Shown here one piece after another: positions 12,269-25,470 of a stretch of 64,000 bases of DNA; position 1 is the stretch's first letter, and each line of letters begins with the position of its first letter. Under the pieces are notes generated by a model, which did no database searches, was not told where the DNA came from, and saw only the letters and a program-made list of their open reading frames with translations. The stretch comes from Octopus sinensis. Taxonomy: Eukaryota. The DNA is taken from the NCBI RefSeq assembly GCF_006345805.1, contig NC_042998.1:33542001-33606000 (forward strand), read 5' to 3'. Both the position numbers and the translations under genes were made by a program.

Positions 12269-13074
12269 TTACATACATATACGTACATATGATAGCAAAC
12301 GTGTGTTTTGAATAAATATATCTCAGTGTTATATGAATGTGTCACGTGTGTGTATTTGATAATTTGCACTCAGAAAAGAAAGAGAAAATTGGTAAAAAGG
12401 ATGTTTATACTGATGATGTCAACGCATTAATTTGTGACTCCGTCATTTGGGATGTTAATAACGGTCACAGCGTGCTGACAGTTTCAAATAACAAACTATT
12501 TGATCATGAAATGAGAGATAAGTAGCAAATACTCAGGGACACGCTCTGAATGAAAACCAAGTTGTAAAGGTTGGTGTTAACGTAGTTCACATTGTGAGCT
12601 AAAAACAAATTGTATCTACCAAAAATTTCACATGTGGCGAGGGAAAAGAATCATTAAGCGATTAACTCTAGACAAGAAAGGCAAGGGAGATAATTCCTCA
12701 GTGAACTAATGTAAGCAATGCAGTGGAGGGTGAGTATGTATGTATGTATGTATGTATGTATGTATGTATGTATGTATGTATGTATGTTTGTATGTGTGTA
12801 TGTATGTTTGTTTGTATGTATGCATGCATGTATGTATGTATGTTTGTATGTATGTATGTATGTATGTATTTATTATGTATGTATTTATGTGTATGTGTGT
12901 TTGTGTGAAAAAAAATTCAATTAAAAATACAAGTTTAAAATGGGAAAACAAAAGAATATGAAAAATAAAAAATATTACAAAATAAATAATAAAAAATTAA
13001 AATGAAAAATATAAAAGATTATATGAATAAATCAGTAGCAGAAATAAATTAAAAAAACATAAAAAAAAAGAATT

Positions 13075-13478
13075 AGGAGTGGCTGTGTGGTAAGTAGCTT
13101 GCTTACGAACCACGTGGTTCCGGGTTCAGTCCCACTGCGTGGCACCTTGGGTGTCTTCTACTATAGCCTCGGGCCGATCAAAGCCTTGTGAGTGGATTTG
13201 GTGGACGGAAACTGAAAGAAGCCCGTCATATATATATATATATATATATATGTATATGTGTGTATATGCTTGTGTGTCTGTGTTTGTCCCCCCAACATCG
13301 CTTGACAACCGATGCTGGTGTGTTTACGTCCCGTAACTTAGCGGTTCGGCAAAAAAGAAACCGATAAAATAAGTACTAGGCTTACAAAGAATAAGTCCTG
13401 GGGTCGATTTGATCGACTAAAGGCGGTGCTCCAGCATGGCCACAGTCACATGACTGAAACAAGTAAAAGTAAAAAGAG
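13075..13478 (+). mobile_element. SINE family B
   Basis: Full consensus match from head GGAGTGGCTGTGTGGTAAG to tail GTAAAAG. Confidence 0.85.
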
Positions 13479-13489
13479 AAAGGTGTTTT

Positions 13490-14025
13490 TTTAAGGTGTG
13501 TGGGAAAAGTCACTGAAAGGAGGGGGTTTTGTTGAGTCCGAAAGGAGTTCGAGTACGTAGAGTGAACATGTAGCCTTGTTCCGGGCAGAGGCTAGTGTTG
13601 GTGGATCCATGGCGTAGGGCAGGGCCGAAGACGGTGAGGCCTGAAGAGGAGTGGTCGGCCAAGCGAAAATGATGGGCGACAGTGGCGTTCTTAAGTATAT
13701 GGACATCTCGTAGGCGTTCGGTAAACCGGTCGGTAAACGGACGGCCAGTCTGACCAATGTAAAGGATGCAGTAAATAAGGCTTGAGGAAGTGCAGAAGAA
13801 GGAGTTCCTAATGTAGAGGGTGTCCTGGTTGGATCCAGTGAGGGAGGTAGTCTTAGTGATGAAAGAACAGATGTGGCAACGGGGTCTGGAGCAAGGGAAG
13901 AGTCCGCGTTGGATGGGAATGAAGGAGGGGAGGGAGCTATGGACAATTAGATCGATTAGGTTACGGGCGCGTTTGAAGGAGAGCAAGGATGGGTTGGGGG
14001 AAATAGGGAGGGTGGTGGGATCTAA
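13490..14025 (-). mobile_element. Penelope-like element GIY-YIG endonuclease C-terminal fragment
   Basis: ORF 13510-14040: SFKRARNL, PCSRPRCHIC, CTSSSLIYCI..YIGQTGRPF.DRF.E, VAHHF, TRTPFGLNK*. These are the Zn-motif plus GIY-YIG layout of Penelope elements. Confidence 0.85.
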
Positions 14026-14214
14026 CACACACACACACACACATAATTTACTTTCCTTTTAATGTAAGAGAAAAACATATTTTTTTATGTTTAAAGAGAC
14101 TCTTTAAACCTTTTTTTTTTACCTATGGAGCCCTTTCATTTTCCTGCCGTGGACGCTTATAACCATTCGATGTTTTAAAAACTCCAGTTATGTCTTTATC
14201 ATGGATTGTATTAA

Positions 14215-14400
14215 AAAAGGACGCATGTCCTAGCGGTTAGGGGTTTTCTCTCACGATCGCGAGATTGTAGTTTCAATTCCTAGACCTGGTGATGCGTTGT
14301 GTTTTTGAGCAAAACACGTCTTCTAACGTTGCTCTGCGACACCTGAATGATGCGTGGGACATCGTGCGCCTGTTCAGACAACGTCGGGGGTAGGGAGCTA
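14215..14400 (+). mobile_element. SINE family D, degenerate
   Basis: tRNA-like head followed by GCGTTGTGTTxTTGAGCAAAACAC, shared with 16466 and 39998. Confidence 0.6.
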
Positions 14401-14994
14401 ATGTACAGCGCATACATTTGATCGCTATAAACAAATCATTTGTGCAGATCGTTCAGCAAAAAAGCTGAACACTTCCACGTCGTCTTCGACGGGGGAGGTC
14501 ATCATTAAAAAAATAGTTTAAACACTTTGGGTCTTGTCGGAGTATAACCAATTTATAGCGCATATATTTTAGCAACAAAACCTTATATGGACCCCTTAAG
14601 GGTCATGTGGATCTCTGTGGAGAACCGATGGTTTAACAGATAAAGCGCGACGAGCAACGATTGTGGCCCAGACGGATGCATTTAATTTATGGGCGTTTGT
14701 TGGGGTCTAATGTCACTCAAACGCTCCGATACCCCCATCCCCTAGAATGCAAGAGGACTAATATTTCAACTAATGACTTTTCAGATGATTTAAAACTTGC
14801 CACCATTATATTCTAAGAAGATATTTTAACTATTTTTTTGTTTTTTTTATGACTGTGCATCTCATTTTTATAAAATGTGCTCAGCAGGCCATGCTATGTA
14901 AATGCAAATCTCAGCGCTTTAGGGGTTAAACATTTTCTTCTCATTTTCAGTCTTACTCTAATGTGTTGCTGTTGTTTGTTCCTTTTTCGAGCAA

Positions 14995-15280
14995 TGCCTG
15001 GCTCATAAGAGCCGGTTTCCCGGTTTCCTTGGCGCATAGGTTCCCCCACATGGATGGGCCGCCGGTCCGTCGCAGGTGAGCTGCTAGATGCAGGAGGAAA
15101 GAGTGAGAGAAAGTAGTGGCGAAAGAGTCAGCAGAAGTTTGCCATTATCTTCTGCCGGAGCCGCATGGAGCTTAGATGTTTCGCTCACAATCACACACAC
15201 ATCGCCCGGTCTGAGATTCGAACCCACGATCCCTCGACCGCGCGTCCGCTGTTCTAACCACTAGGCCATGTGTCTCCACC
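14995..15280 (-). mobile_element. SINE family A (tail type 2)
   Basis: Reverse-complement match to 21601-21900. Confidence 0.8.
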
Positions 15281-15510
15281 TTGCTCTAATGTAGTGCATC
15301 GATTTTGTTAATAAGCCGTGAATTTTCTGCTCACATTTGTTATAGACGTCAGTTTTGCGAGTCAGAGTAAAACCGATTTCTTCGTCCACTGTCGCCATGT
15401 GCAATCTGTTAAATTATCGGAAAATAAAGTGTAATACGTTGGAACTAATTTGCAAAATTTTGAGAACACTCACGCACACAAATCTAATAAATAAAGCTTT
15501 CATATGCAGT

Positions 15511-15583
<73 letters not shown>

Positions 15584-15675
15584 TGCTCTCTCGCTCAGCG
15601 CAAACACACACATGAACACACACCATATATATATACAAACACATACACATATATATACACGTATACATATATACA

Positions 15676-15910
15676 ATGCGGCGAGCTGGCAGAAACGTTA
15701 GCACGCCGGGCGAAATGCGTAGCCGTATTTCGTCTGCCGTTACGTTCTGAGTTCAAATTCCACCGAGGTTGGCTTTGCCTTTCATCCTTTCGGGGTCGAT
15801 AAATTAAGTACAAGTTACGCACTGGGGTTGATGTAATCGACTTAATCCGTTTGTCTGTCTTTGTTTGTCCCTTCTATGTTTAGGCCCGTTGTGAGTAGTA
15901 AAGAAATACA
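15676..15910 (+). mobile_element. SINE family C monomer
   Basis: Consensus match. Confidence 0.85.
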
Positions 15911-16465
15911 TATACATATATACGTATGTCTGCACGTGTGCGTGTATGTGTATTTGTGCACACGCACACGCTCACACACATACAGTGCACATACACACAT
16001 CCAAAATATTTATAAAGTGTGTGTGTATATATTCAAGCGTATATCGCATTGTGTGTGTGTGTCTTTCAGTGTGTACTCACGCACTGCGCGGATACAATTG
16101 TGAGTGCGCTCGTGTTTGCGTGTCGAATTTTTTGTTTAATTCATAATCTTGAAGCACTGGAATGACATTAGCCCCAAGAGAGGAAGTGCATGTGAATAAT
16201 GTTTTTGCTCTCCCCAGCATTGTGAACCTTCAAAATTATGGTAACTATTCGCCTTTTTCAGAAACCTAATATCTTATTGAGGCACAAAAATGTTTCTTAT
16301 AATGTAGTCTGAGAAAGCGGGACACGGCCCTTAACGCCAACTGGTCCTCAGTGCTGGTGTTGTTGGTACAGTTTATGTTTAGTTTGTACTTCTGTAGGTC
16401 AATGTACAGAAATGGGAAGTTAGGATTAGGTAAAACATTTAGCACGCGGTTCAGGATGGTGGTGG

Positions 16466-16710
16466 GGGCGCGTGGCTTAGTGGTTAGGGCGTCAGCATCA
16501 TGATCGTAAGATTGTGGTTTCGATTCATGGACCGGGCAACGCGTTGTGTTCTTGAGCAAAACACTTCATTTCACGTTGCTCAAGTCCACTCAGCTGGCGA
16601 AAATGAGTAACGCTGCGATGGACTGGCGTCCCGTCCATATGGGGAACACATACGCCATAGAAACCGGGAAACCGGGCCCATGAGGCTGGCTAGGCTTTAA
16701 AAGGGCGCGT
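16466..16710 (+). mobile_element. SINE family D
   Basis: GGCGCGTGGCTTAGTGGTTAG (A box), GGTTTCGATTC (B box) and CTGCGATGGACTGGCGTCCCGTCC body. Confidence 0.8.
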
Positions 16711-16869
16711 TTACCAATTTTTTAGGATGGTGAGTCATAGTAAGAAAGAGATGGAGTAGAGAAGCGGATATTTTGTAAGGGTTTCGATCTGCAGGCAACA
16801 CTGGTTCTGAAGAGAAGGAAGTTTGTGTCTTTCTTTATAATCACTTTCATAGGCTTTTTTTTTTTTATG

Positions 16870-17108
16870 CGCCCTTTTCAAACCTAGCCAGGCTCATGGA
16901 CCCAGTATGTGTTCCCTCCAGTCAGAAACAGGAAGAAAGAGTGGGAGAAAGTTGGGGAGAAAGAGTACAATAGGGTTCGCCACCACCCACTGCCGAAGCC
17001 TCGGGGAGCTTTAGGTGTTTTCGCTCAATAAACACACACAACGCCCGGTCTGGGAATCGAAACCGCGATCTTCCGACCGCGAGTCCGCTGCCATAACCAC
17101 TGGCTATT
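16870..17108 (-). mobile_element. SINE family A, internally deleted
   Basis: Head matches 350-438; the body jumps to a tail shared with family D. Confidence 0.7.
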
Positions 17109-17233
17109 GAAACTTATTCATTTATTTAAAACAACAGCTCAAAGATATTTACAGCATACAGTTGAAATTAAGTGCTGGAAAAACTGTAATGCAATCACAA
17201 TAATTCTTTCATTCAGAATATATCTCTCCCAAA

Positions 17234-17400
17234 CAGGGCCGGCTCAAAATCCCGGCAACCTCGGGCTGTCGCCTGGGGCGCCGTGTGCTTTTTACTCTAC
17301 ATTTTCAGATTTTCTCCTTGTGAAAGTTTAAAAAATTATGCTTGTAAGAGCACCGAAATTCCGCTTGCTCGGGGCGCGAGCAACCCTAGGACCAGCCCTG
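17234..17400. mobile_element. hAT-type MITE
   Basis: Ends CAGGGCCGG / CCAGCCCTG; 8-bp TSD CTCCCAAA / CTCCCAGA (7 of 8 match). Confidence 0.7.
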
Positions 17401-18429
17401 CTCCCAGATTCCCCTTCAACTCCACTCATATTTCGTCTGTAACAGTTTTTGTTCGTTTTCTCCATTAATATTTCCGAAATTTTAAATTTAATGTAAATAC
17501 AAATTTTTTTTTAACCTCAATGTGACGTCGGTAATTTTATATTTTGAAGATCAAGAAACGGGTGAAGGTATATAATTTTGACAAAGCAAAAACTCCCTAT
17601 AATTTTCAGAGAGAAGGGGTGAAACATACTAATATACATCTTAGCTTCCCTGAAATTTTACCTGTTCTGGGGAGGTCTGCAAATTGTTAGTTTGATGGAG
17701 TTTTAGCAATGTTTCAACAAGGCGGCAAGATTTACCTCAGTGCAAATAGGATGTCGCAATGTATTTGCGACATAGCATAAAGCGAAATAGCATAATCCGA
17801 AAACTAACATTGAGTCGCGCCTTTGGCTGGTTTTGAGCTACGGTCCTCTTCTCTTTACGACAAAAAAATGAATTTTCTACATGCGGAAAGCCTTATGTTT
17901 ATGGAAATAGAAAACTTTTCTTAAGAATTTTAGTGGGCTGTATAAAGTGAAATGGCTTTCAAATTACATCAGTTGCATCATGATCACATCATATTTCTAA
18001 CCAACCTCGTCAATGATTTTTTTAAAAAAATAAATGAAAATAATCATGTCCTAACCTACACTTCTTTTTTTATTACCCATAAAGGGCTACATAGAGACAC
18101 TTTACAGAACAAAACGACAATACAATACATAACATCGGGAAACTAAAAATTACAAAAAGGAAATCGAGTAAAGAAGAAAAAATAAAATAAGCGAATGAAA
18201 TTATGAAAGAATGATTAAAATAGAGCGCAATGCCCACTCGAACCCGAAGTCCAGTGGTTACATTTATACATGATTTTTGACAGTCTTTCCTCTATCCCCC
18301 CCCCGCCCCACTTTTTGAAAACAAAAATACCAGCTGAACATTGGGGTTGGTGTAATCGACTCATCCCCCACCTTACCCCACCCTACCCCTCCCCACCCCA
18401 AGCTGCCCCTGTGGCAAAAAAATTCTGGA

Positions 18430-19540
18430 TACCAATATATATTTAATTTGCTTTCCGGGAAGGACTGTTTTAACAAAATCGCGTCTTGTCCTAACCTTCG
18501 AAAACGCGGAGTAGATAAAACAGGGTACAACTGATGAAGGGAATGTTTTTTATGTTGCCTGTTTCGTTTCTCTGTTTCTTTGTTTCTTTCATTGTTCGAA
18601 AAAAAAGTTCGCTTTCTATGTTTTTGTTTTTTATGTTCTCATTTCTCATTTTGCCAACGTTTTTTGATGTCCTGTGCCCATTTATGCATGTATATATACA
18701 TATATATGTAGGTATGTACATATATGTATGTATATATGCATATATTCATATATTATTTATATGATCGAACGCCACACATCCATTTCCAGGTAAGTTTTAT
18801 CTTAATAATTACGATGCGCACTCTTATTCTATCTCTATTCTTTCTATCTCCCTCTCTTGCTCTTCTTCCTTTCTGTTTTTCTCTCCCACCCTTTTCCCAT
18901 TCTTCTCCTCTCCTCTTCACCGTCCCCCCTCTCTCTCTCTCTCTCTTTCTCTCTCTCTATCACTCTTCATCCTTGACTCTCTCGTTGTTCACACGTGTCC
19001 AACGGCTATCCATCTTTCTTTCTTCCTCTTTCTTCCTGAAGACAAGACGTGCTTTTGCCTGTCTCTTCTCAAAGCTCGTTTTTCCAGCGTTCACCACTTC
19101 ACATCGTCTTGGCTTAACAGCCCTCACCGTTTGTTTTTACTGTTTTGTTCTTACTGTCCTGTTTTTGTTACCACTTTCACCCTCCGCTAAAAATCCCAAA
19201 TTTTATTTAATTTGCTTTGCGGGAAGGACTGTTTTAACGAAGTCGCGTCATGACCCTACCTTCGAAACGCAGAGTAGATAAAACAGGGGACAACTGATGA
19301 AGGGAATGTTCTTTATATTGCCTGTCTTGTTTCTCTGTTTGTTTATTTCTTTCGTTGTTCGAAAAAATTTCATTTTCTATGTTTTTGTTGTTTATGTTCT
19401 CGTTTCTCATTTTGTCTACGTTTTTTTATGCCCTGTACCCATATATGCATGTATATACACATATAAAACCGAGCTTTGAGAAGAGAGGGGTAAAAGCATG
19501 TCTTGTCTTTAGGAAGGAAGTGGAAGAAAGATGGATAGCC
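18430..19540 (+). mobile_element. Penelope-like element partial tandem with inverted segment
   Basis: Unit at 18430-18760 is repeated at 19190-19460. About 19464-19540 is an inverted copy of about 19000-19085. Confidence 0.6.
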
Positions 19541-19672
19541 GTTGGTCACATCTTTTTGCCTTCCCTTCATTCTAACTTTCCCTCCTTTACCTCTCTGTAC
19601 ATATATGTACGTATATATGCATATAATTATATATTATTTATATTATATATATATATATATGTGTGTGTATTG

Positions 19673-19706
<34 letters not shown>

Positions 19707-19859
19707 ATATATATATATATATGTGATTGTGTGTATGCGTATTTACATTACTTAATTTTATGCTCGTACACAGACGCGTACATGTACATGCAATCATGCG
19801 TATACTTACATATACACGTATTAAATACATGCTTTTATAGACACGCACAGACACACACA

Positions 19860-19890
<31 letters not shown>

Positions 19891-20024
19891 TACACCATAT
19901 CACACAATAAATATGCCGTTATTTTTTTTCTTTGTCCTACTTTCAGCCACAATAAAAATATATAAAACATACGTTCATGCATTCCTCACAAATGTCTATC
20001 ATCTCATACCCGCGCACACTATAT

Positions 20025-20191
<167 letters not shown>

Positions 20192-20809
20192 GTGTAGATC
20201 GTCACCCTACACTCGCACACATAAGCAGGCACATGAATAATTCCTCGGTGACATATATGTTTGCCTAAACAGATCTTTTGGGGATGTTTTTTTGAGTGGG
20301 TTGTTTTGTTGGGGTTTTTTTTCGTAGTCTTCCTTACTGTTTTTATTTATTTATTTACTTTTATTGTTATTTATATGTTTTTTTTAAGCAGTAACGAAAA
20401 TGTAAAAGGTGAGGAATGAATGTTAGTCGCACTAAATGGAAGGAAAAGAATAAAAATACCAAAAAAAAGAAAAAAAGGGGTCTCAAATGTAATTGAGACC
20501 AGTTTCTGTTAATACCATCAGTTTAAACTTCGTATATTTATCCAGGATGGACAAGACGAACCGATGACGCCACTCTATGTCGCCGTCTGTTCTCTATCAC
20601 AACAAACTACTTGCATTCCTCTGCGCTTAATACGTCATCTTCGAAATTTTGACAGGGCTCTTTGAATACGGTCGAGTGACATCAATAAGCAGCTTCATCA
20701 CAAGCATAAACAGCAAAATGGATTATAAAATTCGAATAATGATATCCCCCCCCCGCCTCCCGCTACCCTATTTTTTAAAAGATTTATTTTGTTTATTTAC
20801 AATAAACTG

Positions 20810-20922
20810 TTGCTTCGTCAATACATATGCTGCAGCTGAAACGATACGGAGAAGATAAGATAAACATGGCCTCTGTGCAAAGGATGATGACACGCAAATT
20901 CGTGATGCGTTCCGTAATCTTT
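20810..20922 (+). pseudogene. U6: U6 snRNA pseudogene, near full length, diverged
   Basis: TTGCTTCGTCAATACATATG...GAAACGATACGGAGAAGAT...CATGGCCTCTGTGCAAAGGATGATGACACGCAAATTCGTGATGCGTTCC aligns along U6. The invariant ACAGAGA box is mutated to ACGGAGA and there are small insertions. Confidence 0.9.
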
Positions 20923-20923
20923 A

Positions 20924-21054
20924 TAGGCACAGGTGTGGGCTGTGTGGTGAGATGTTTGTTTGCTTCCCAACCACATGGTTCCGAGTTCAGTACCGACGGC
21001 TGACCAAAGCCTTGTGGATCGATTTGGTAGACGAAAACTGAAAGAAACCCATCG

Positions 21055-21137
<83 letters not shown>

Positions 21138-21334
21138 TATGTGCGTTTGTCAGTATTAGCGTGTTTACGCTACCCGTAACTTAGCGATTCGGAAAAAATG
21201 GCCGCCGATAGAATAAGTACGAGACTTGACAAAAGAAAAAAAGTAGTGTGGTCGATTTCTTCAACTAAAAATTGTTAAAGGCGGTGCCCCAGCATGGCCA
21301 CAGTCTAATGACTGAAACAAGTAAAAGATAAAAG
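20924..21334 (+). mobile_element. SINE family B directly fused to the U6 copy
   Basis: Head GGCACAGGTGTGGGCTGTGTGG starts immediately after the U6 3' end; tail (TAAAAGA)n. Confidence 0.85.
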
Positions 21335-21600
21335 ATAAACTGAAGACAGCTTCTTTTTTTAATTTTAACTTTTATATCTGCTGTGGTCGGGCTAGCAACG
21401 GCAGGTTTAGAGATGAGATCACCGGCAATCAGCGTTCACAACACTCTTCTCAATTGGTTCTGTCCTTCACTTGAGCCGTGTCTCAATGCGACAGCATTCC
21501 TCTGAGCAGAATCCGGAAAAGGGGTTTCATTCTTACAATAAATCTCTGGTCTTGTACCTATTCAAAAGAAATTCTTAAAGGTTATATATAAATCACATGT

Positions 21601-21900
21601 GTGGAGGCACATGGCCTAGTGATTAGAGCAGAGGACTCGCGGTCGAGGGATCGCGGGTTCGAATCTCAGACCGGGTGATGTGTATGTTTATGAGCGAAAC
21701 ACCTAAACTCCACGCTGCTCCGGCAGAAGGTTATGGCGAACTTCCGCTGACTCTTTCGCCACAACTTTCTCTCAGTCTTTCCCCCTGCATCTTGCAGCTC
21801 AGCTGCGATGGACCGGCATCCCGTCCAGGTGGGAAACCTATACGCCAAGGAAACCGGGAAACCGGCCCTATAAGCCAGGCATGGCTCGAGAAGGGACAAA
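21601..21900 (+). mobile_element. SINE family A (tail type 2)
   Basis: GTGGAGGCACATGGCCTAGTGATTAG head, GGTTCGAATC B box, GACTCGCGG anticodon-arm remnant (Arg-like). Confidence 0.85.
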
Positions 21901-21985
21901 CAGCATAAATCACATTAGAAATTACAGAGATGTACTTGCGTAGCAAGTGACCTGATCTGTGATCGTGTGCTGGAACGAAAACACT

Positions 21986-22063
<78 letters not shown>

Positions 22064-22610
22064 CGACGGGCTTCTTCCAGTTTCTGTCTACCAAATCCAC
22101 TCACAAGTCTTTGGTCGACCCGATGCTAAATTAGAAGACACATGCCCAAGTGCCAAGCAGAGGGACCGAACCGGAAACCATGTTGTTGAGAATACCATGA
22201 AGTCTTCACAGCTTCGTATGATCAACTAATGTCGACTGGTGTGTTTCAGTATCGTCTTCTCACCCTACGGCGAGACATAACAGAACGTGATATCCTCATG
22301 GGCAACCGCTACCCAGTTCAATAACAATTATCTCAATGTTTTGCACAGACTTGAATTTCGGATCTGCAAGCGATACACACATACTGTTGTCGGTCTACTG
22401 TAGTTATTTCTGAACTTCACGCGTAGACTGTCACCGCAGCACCGACCGTTTTCAACGTCATGCCAAGCATGGTTTGGAAGTAGTCGGTTTTCCATTATGT
22501 CTGGAGCCGGTGAAGTTAAACGGGGGCAGTGGAGGGACGGAAGCACAAACGTTCGTTGCATGGCGGCAAATCTCTAATGACGGATACGACATGCAGCGAT
22601 ATTTTCTGAA

Positions 22611-24360
22611 ACTTAAATCATGTGAAATTGGGATCTGAGCCGAACGTTGTCGCCCAACAGACTGTGAATCATAAAACGTGGCTGAAATCATGTGAAATTG
22701 GGATCTGAGCCGACCTTTGTCACTCAACAGACTGTGAATTATAAAACGAGGCTGAAATCATGTGGAATTGGGATCTGAGCCGAACTTTGTCGCCCAACAG
22801 ACTGTGAATCATAAAACGAGGCTGAAATCATGTGAAATTGTGATCTGAGCCGACCTTTGTCGCCCAACAGACTGTGAATCATAAAACGTGGCTTAAATCA
22901 TGTGAAATTGGGATCTGAGCCGAACTTTGTCGCCCAACAGACTGTGAATCATAAAACGAGGCTGAAATCATGTGAAATTGGGATCTGAGCCGACCTTTGT
23001 CGCCCAACAGACTGTGAATCGTAAAACGTGGCTGAAATCATGTGAAATTGGGATCTGAGCCGACCTTTGTCGCCCAACAGACTGTGAATCATAAAACGTG
23101 GCTGAAATCATGTGAAATTGGGATCTGAGCCGAACTTTGTCGCTCAACAGACTGTGAATCATAAAACGAGGCTTAAATCATGTGGAATTGAGATCTGAGT
23201 CGACCTTTGTCGCCCAACAGACTGTGAATCATAAAACGAGGCTGAAATCATGTGAAATTGGGATCTGAGCCGAACTTTGTCGCTCAACAGACTGTGAATC
23301 ATAAAACGAGGCTGAAATCATGTGAAATTGGGATCTGAGCCGACCTTTGTCGCTCAACAGACTGTGAATCATAAAACGAGGCTGAAATCATGTGGAATTG
23401 GGATCTGAGCCGACCTTTGTCGCTCAACAGACTGTGAATCATAAAACGTGGCTGAAATCATGTGAAATTGGGATCTGAGCCGAACTTTGTCGCTCAACAG
23501 ACTGTGAATCATAAAACGAGGCTTAAATCATGTGAAATTGGGATCTGAGCCGACCTTTGTCGCTCAACAGACTGTGAATCATAAAACGTGGCTGAAATCA
23601 TGTGAAATTGGGATCTGAGCCGACCTTTGTCGCCCAACAGACTGTGAATCATAAAACGTGGCTGAAATCATGTGAAATTGGGATCTGAGCCGAACTTTGT
23701 CGCTCAACAGACTGTGAATCATAAAACGAGGCTTAAATCATGTGAAATTGGGATCTGAGCCGACCTTTGTCGCTCAACAGACTGTGAATCATAAAACGTG
23801 GCTTAAATCATGTGGAATTGGGATCTGAGCCGACCTTTGTCGCCCAACAGACTGTGAATCATAAAACGTGGCTGAAATCATGTGAAATTGGGATCTGAGC
23901 CGAACTTTGTCGCTCAACAGACTGTGAATCATAAAACGAGGCTTAAATCATGTGGAATTGGGATCTGAGCCGACCTTTGTCGCCCAACAGACTGTGAATC
24001 ATAAAACGAGGCTGAAATCATGTGAAATTGGGATCTGAGCCGAACTTTGTCGCTCAACAGACTGTGAATCATAAAACGTGGCTGAAATCATGTGAAATTG
24101 GGATCTGAGCCGAACTTTGTCGCTCAACAGACTGTGAATCATAAAACGAGGCTTAAATCATGTGGAATTGGGATCTGAGCCGACCTTTGTCGCCCAACAG
24201 ACTGTGAATCATAAAACGAGGCTGAAATCATGTGAAATTGGGATCTGAGCCGAACTTTGTCGCTCAACAGACTGTGAATCATAAAACGAGGCTTAAATCA
24301 TGTGGAATTGAGATCTGAGCCGAACTTTATCGCTCGACAGGTTGTAGATCATAAAATGAT
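22611..24360. repeat. Minisatellite, 25 copies of a 70-bp unit
   Basis: Consensus GCTGAAATCATGTGAAATTGGGATCTGAGCCGACCTTTGTCGCCCAACAGACTGTGAATCATAAAACGAG at an exact 70-bp period with no indels; terminal units are degenerate. Confidence 0.97.
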
Positions 24361-25470
24361 AATGCGCCAGTCTGCTCTCTAGATGTTTCTTTTTTTACCT
24401 TTTGGAACCTATAGCAGTATAAATATCTGGTGTTCTGTCCCACCCCTACCTTCTTTCATCTGATCGGAATAGAAATGAATCTCATATGGTGAAATTACTC
24501 TTTAAGGGCACCGTCTTCGCCATTTTTCCTGGTAACGCATTCGCATTTTGTCTGTCGAGAATTTAAGACATTTCATGACACGATGTAATATAATGAAATA
24601 TTTATTAATTGTTCTAAGCTAAATATAAAGGACCAAGTGATTATCTTGAGACTTTTGCAAGAAAAAATATTGCATTCTTGGAAAGCATTGAGTGTTTATT
24701 TCTTAAGCAGACCAGCTCGAAACTATTATTTAAGCTTCTTTCAGTTGAAGTTTCGAAAGGGATATACGATCTATTGAAGTTTTTCTCTTTTTATTTGTAA
24801 TATTCAGACATTTGCGAAGAACGATAAAAACCCGTTATGAGGAAGAATTTTTCGGCTAACATATGCACCATTTAAAAAAATGTACATCTTTCAGAAACTA
24901 AAAAAGAGTATTGGAAACTTCTAAATGCTTCATAATTCTACAATTATCTGGAAAAAAATTCAAAGTAACAGAAACTAAACATTTACATGAAACATAAAAA
25001 CTCATTTTTCTAGATAATTAATTTCTAAAGTACCAGCAATTTGTTAAAAATCATTGAAGCTTTAAAACTAAGCGAGAAACTAATTTTGAATTCAGAATGA
25101 GTTCTTTTATGCTGTAAGATTAATTAAATACAGCAATGAAATGATCTAAAGTTCTCTACTTTTTATAATTTACTCAACAACCAATTCTAAATGGAATGGC
25201 ATATGATATAATAAAATAGTAACATTAAATGTACGAATGCTTTCAAAATAGTTTTATTTGTTTACAATTCTTGAAGTTTCAGCCCACTATGAACAGGGTT
25301 TTGGTGTAAATAAGTCTAATCGGTGAAGTGAAAGAAACAGATGTTCAGTTGAAATAATAATATGCGGGCTTTTATATATTTCAACTTACAATATACTTGT
25401 TTTGGGTAAGTTTTTAAAAAAATTAAATAACTTTTTTGCTGAAGAAGATAAAAAGAAAACATAAAATATA

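Noticed and set aside
20540-20680. Possible exon after TTATCCAG
   Set aside because: All frames stop within about 40 codons and no homology is recognisable.
22611-24360. CRISPR array or coding repeat
   Set aside because: No unique spacers, no cas genes, eukaryotic context. The 70-bp period breaks frame and stops recur.
22611-24360. Tandem C/D-box snoRNA cluster (TGTGA...CTGA...TGTGA...CTGA)
   Set aside because: C-box matches are poor (GTGAATC / GTGAAAT versus RTGATGA), one CTGA is often mutated to CTTA, and there are no spacers between units.
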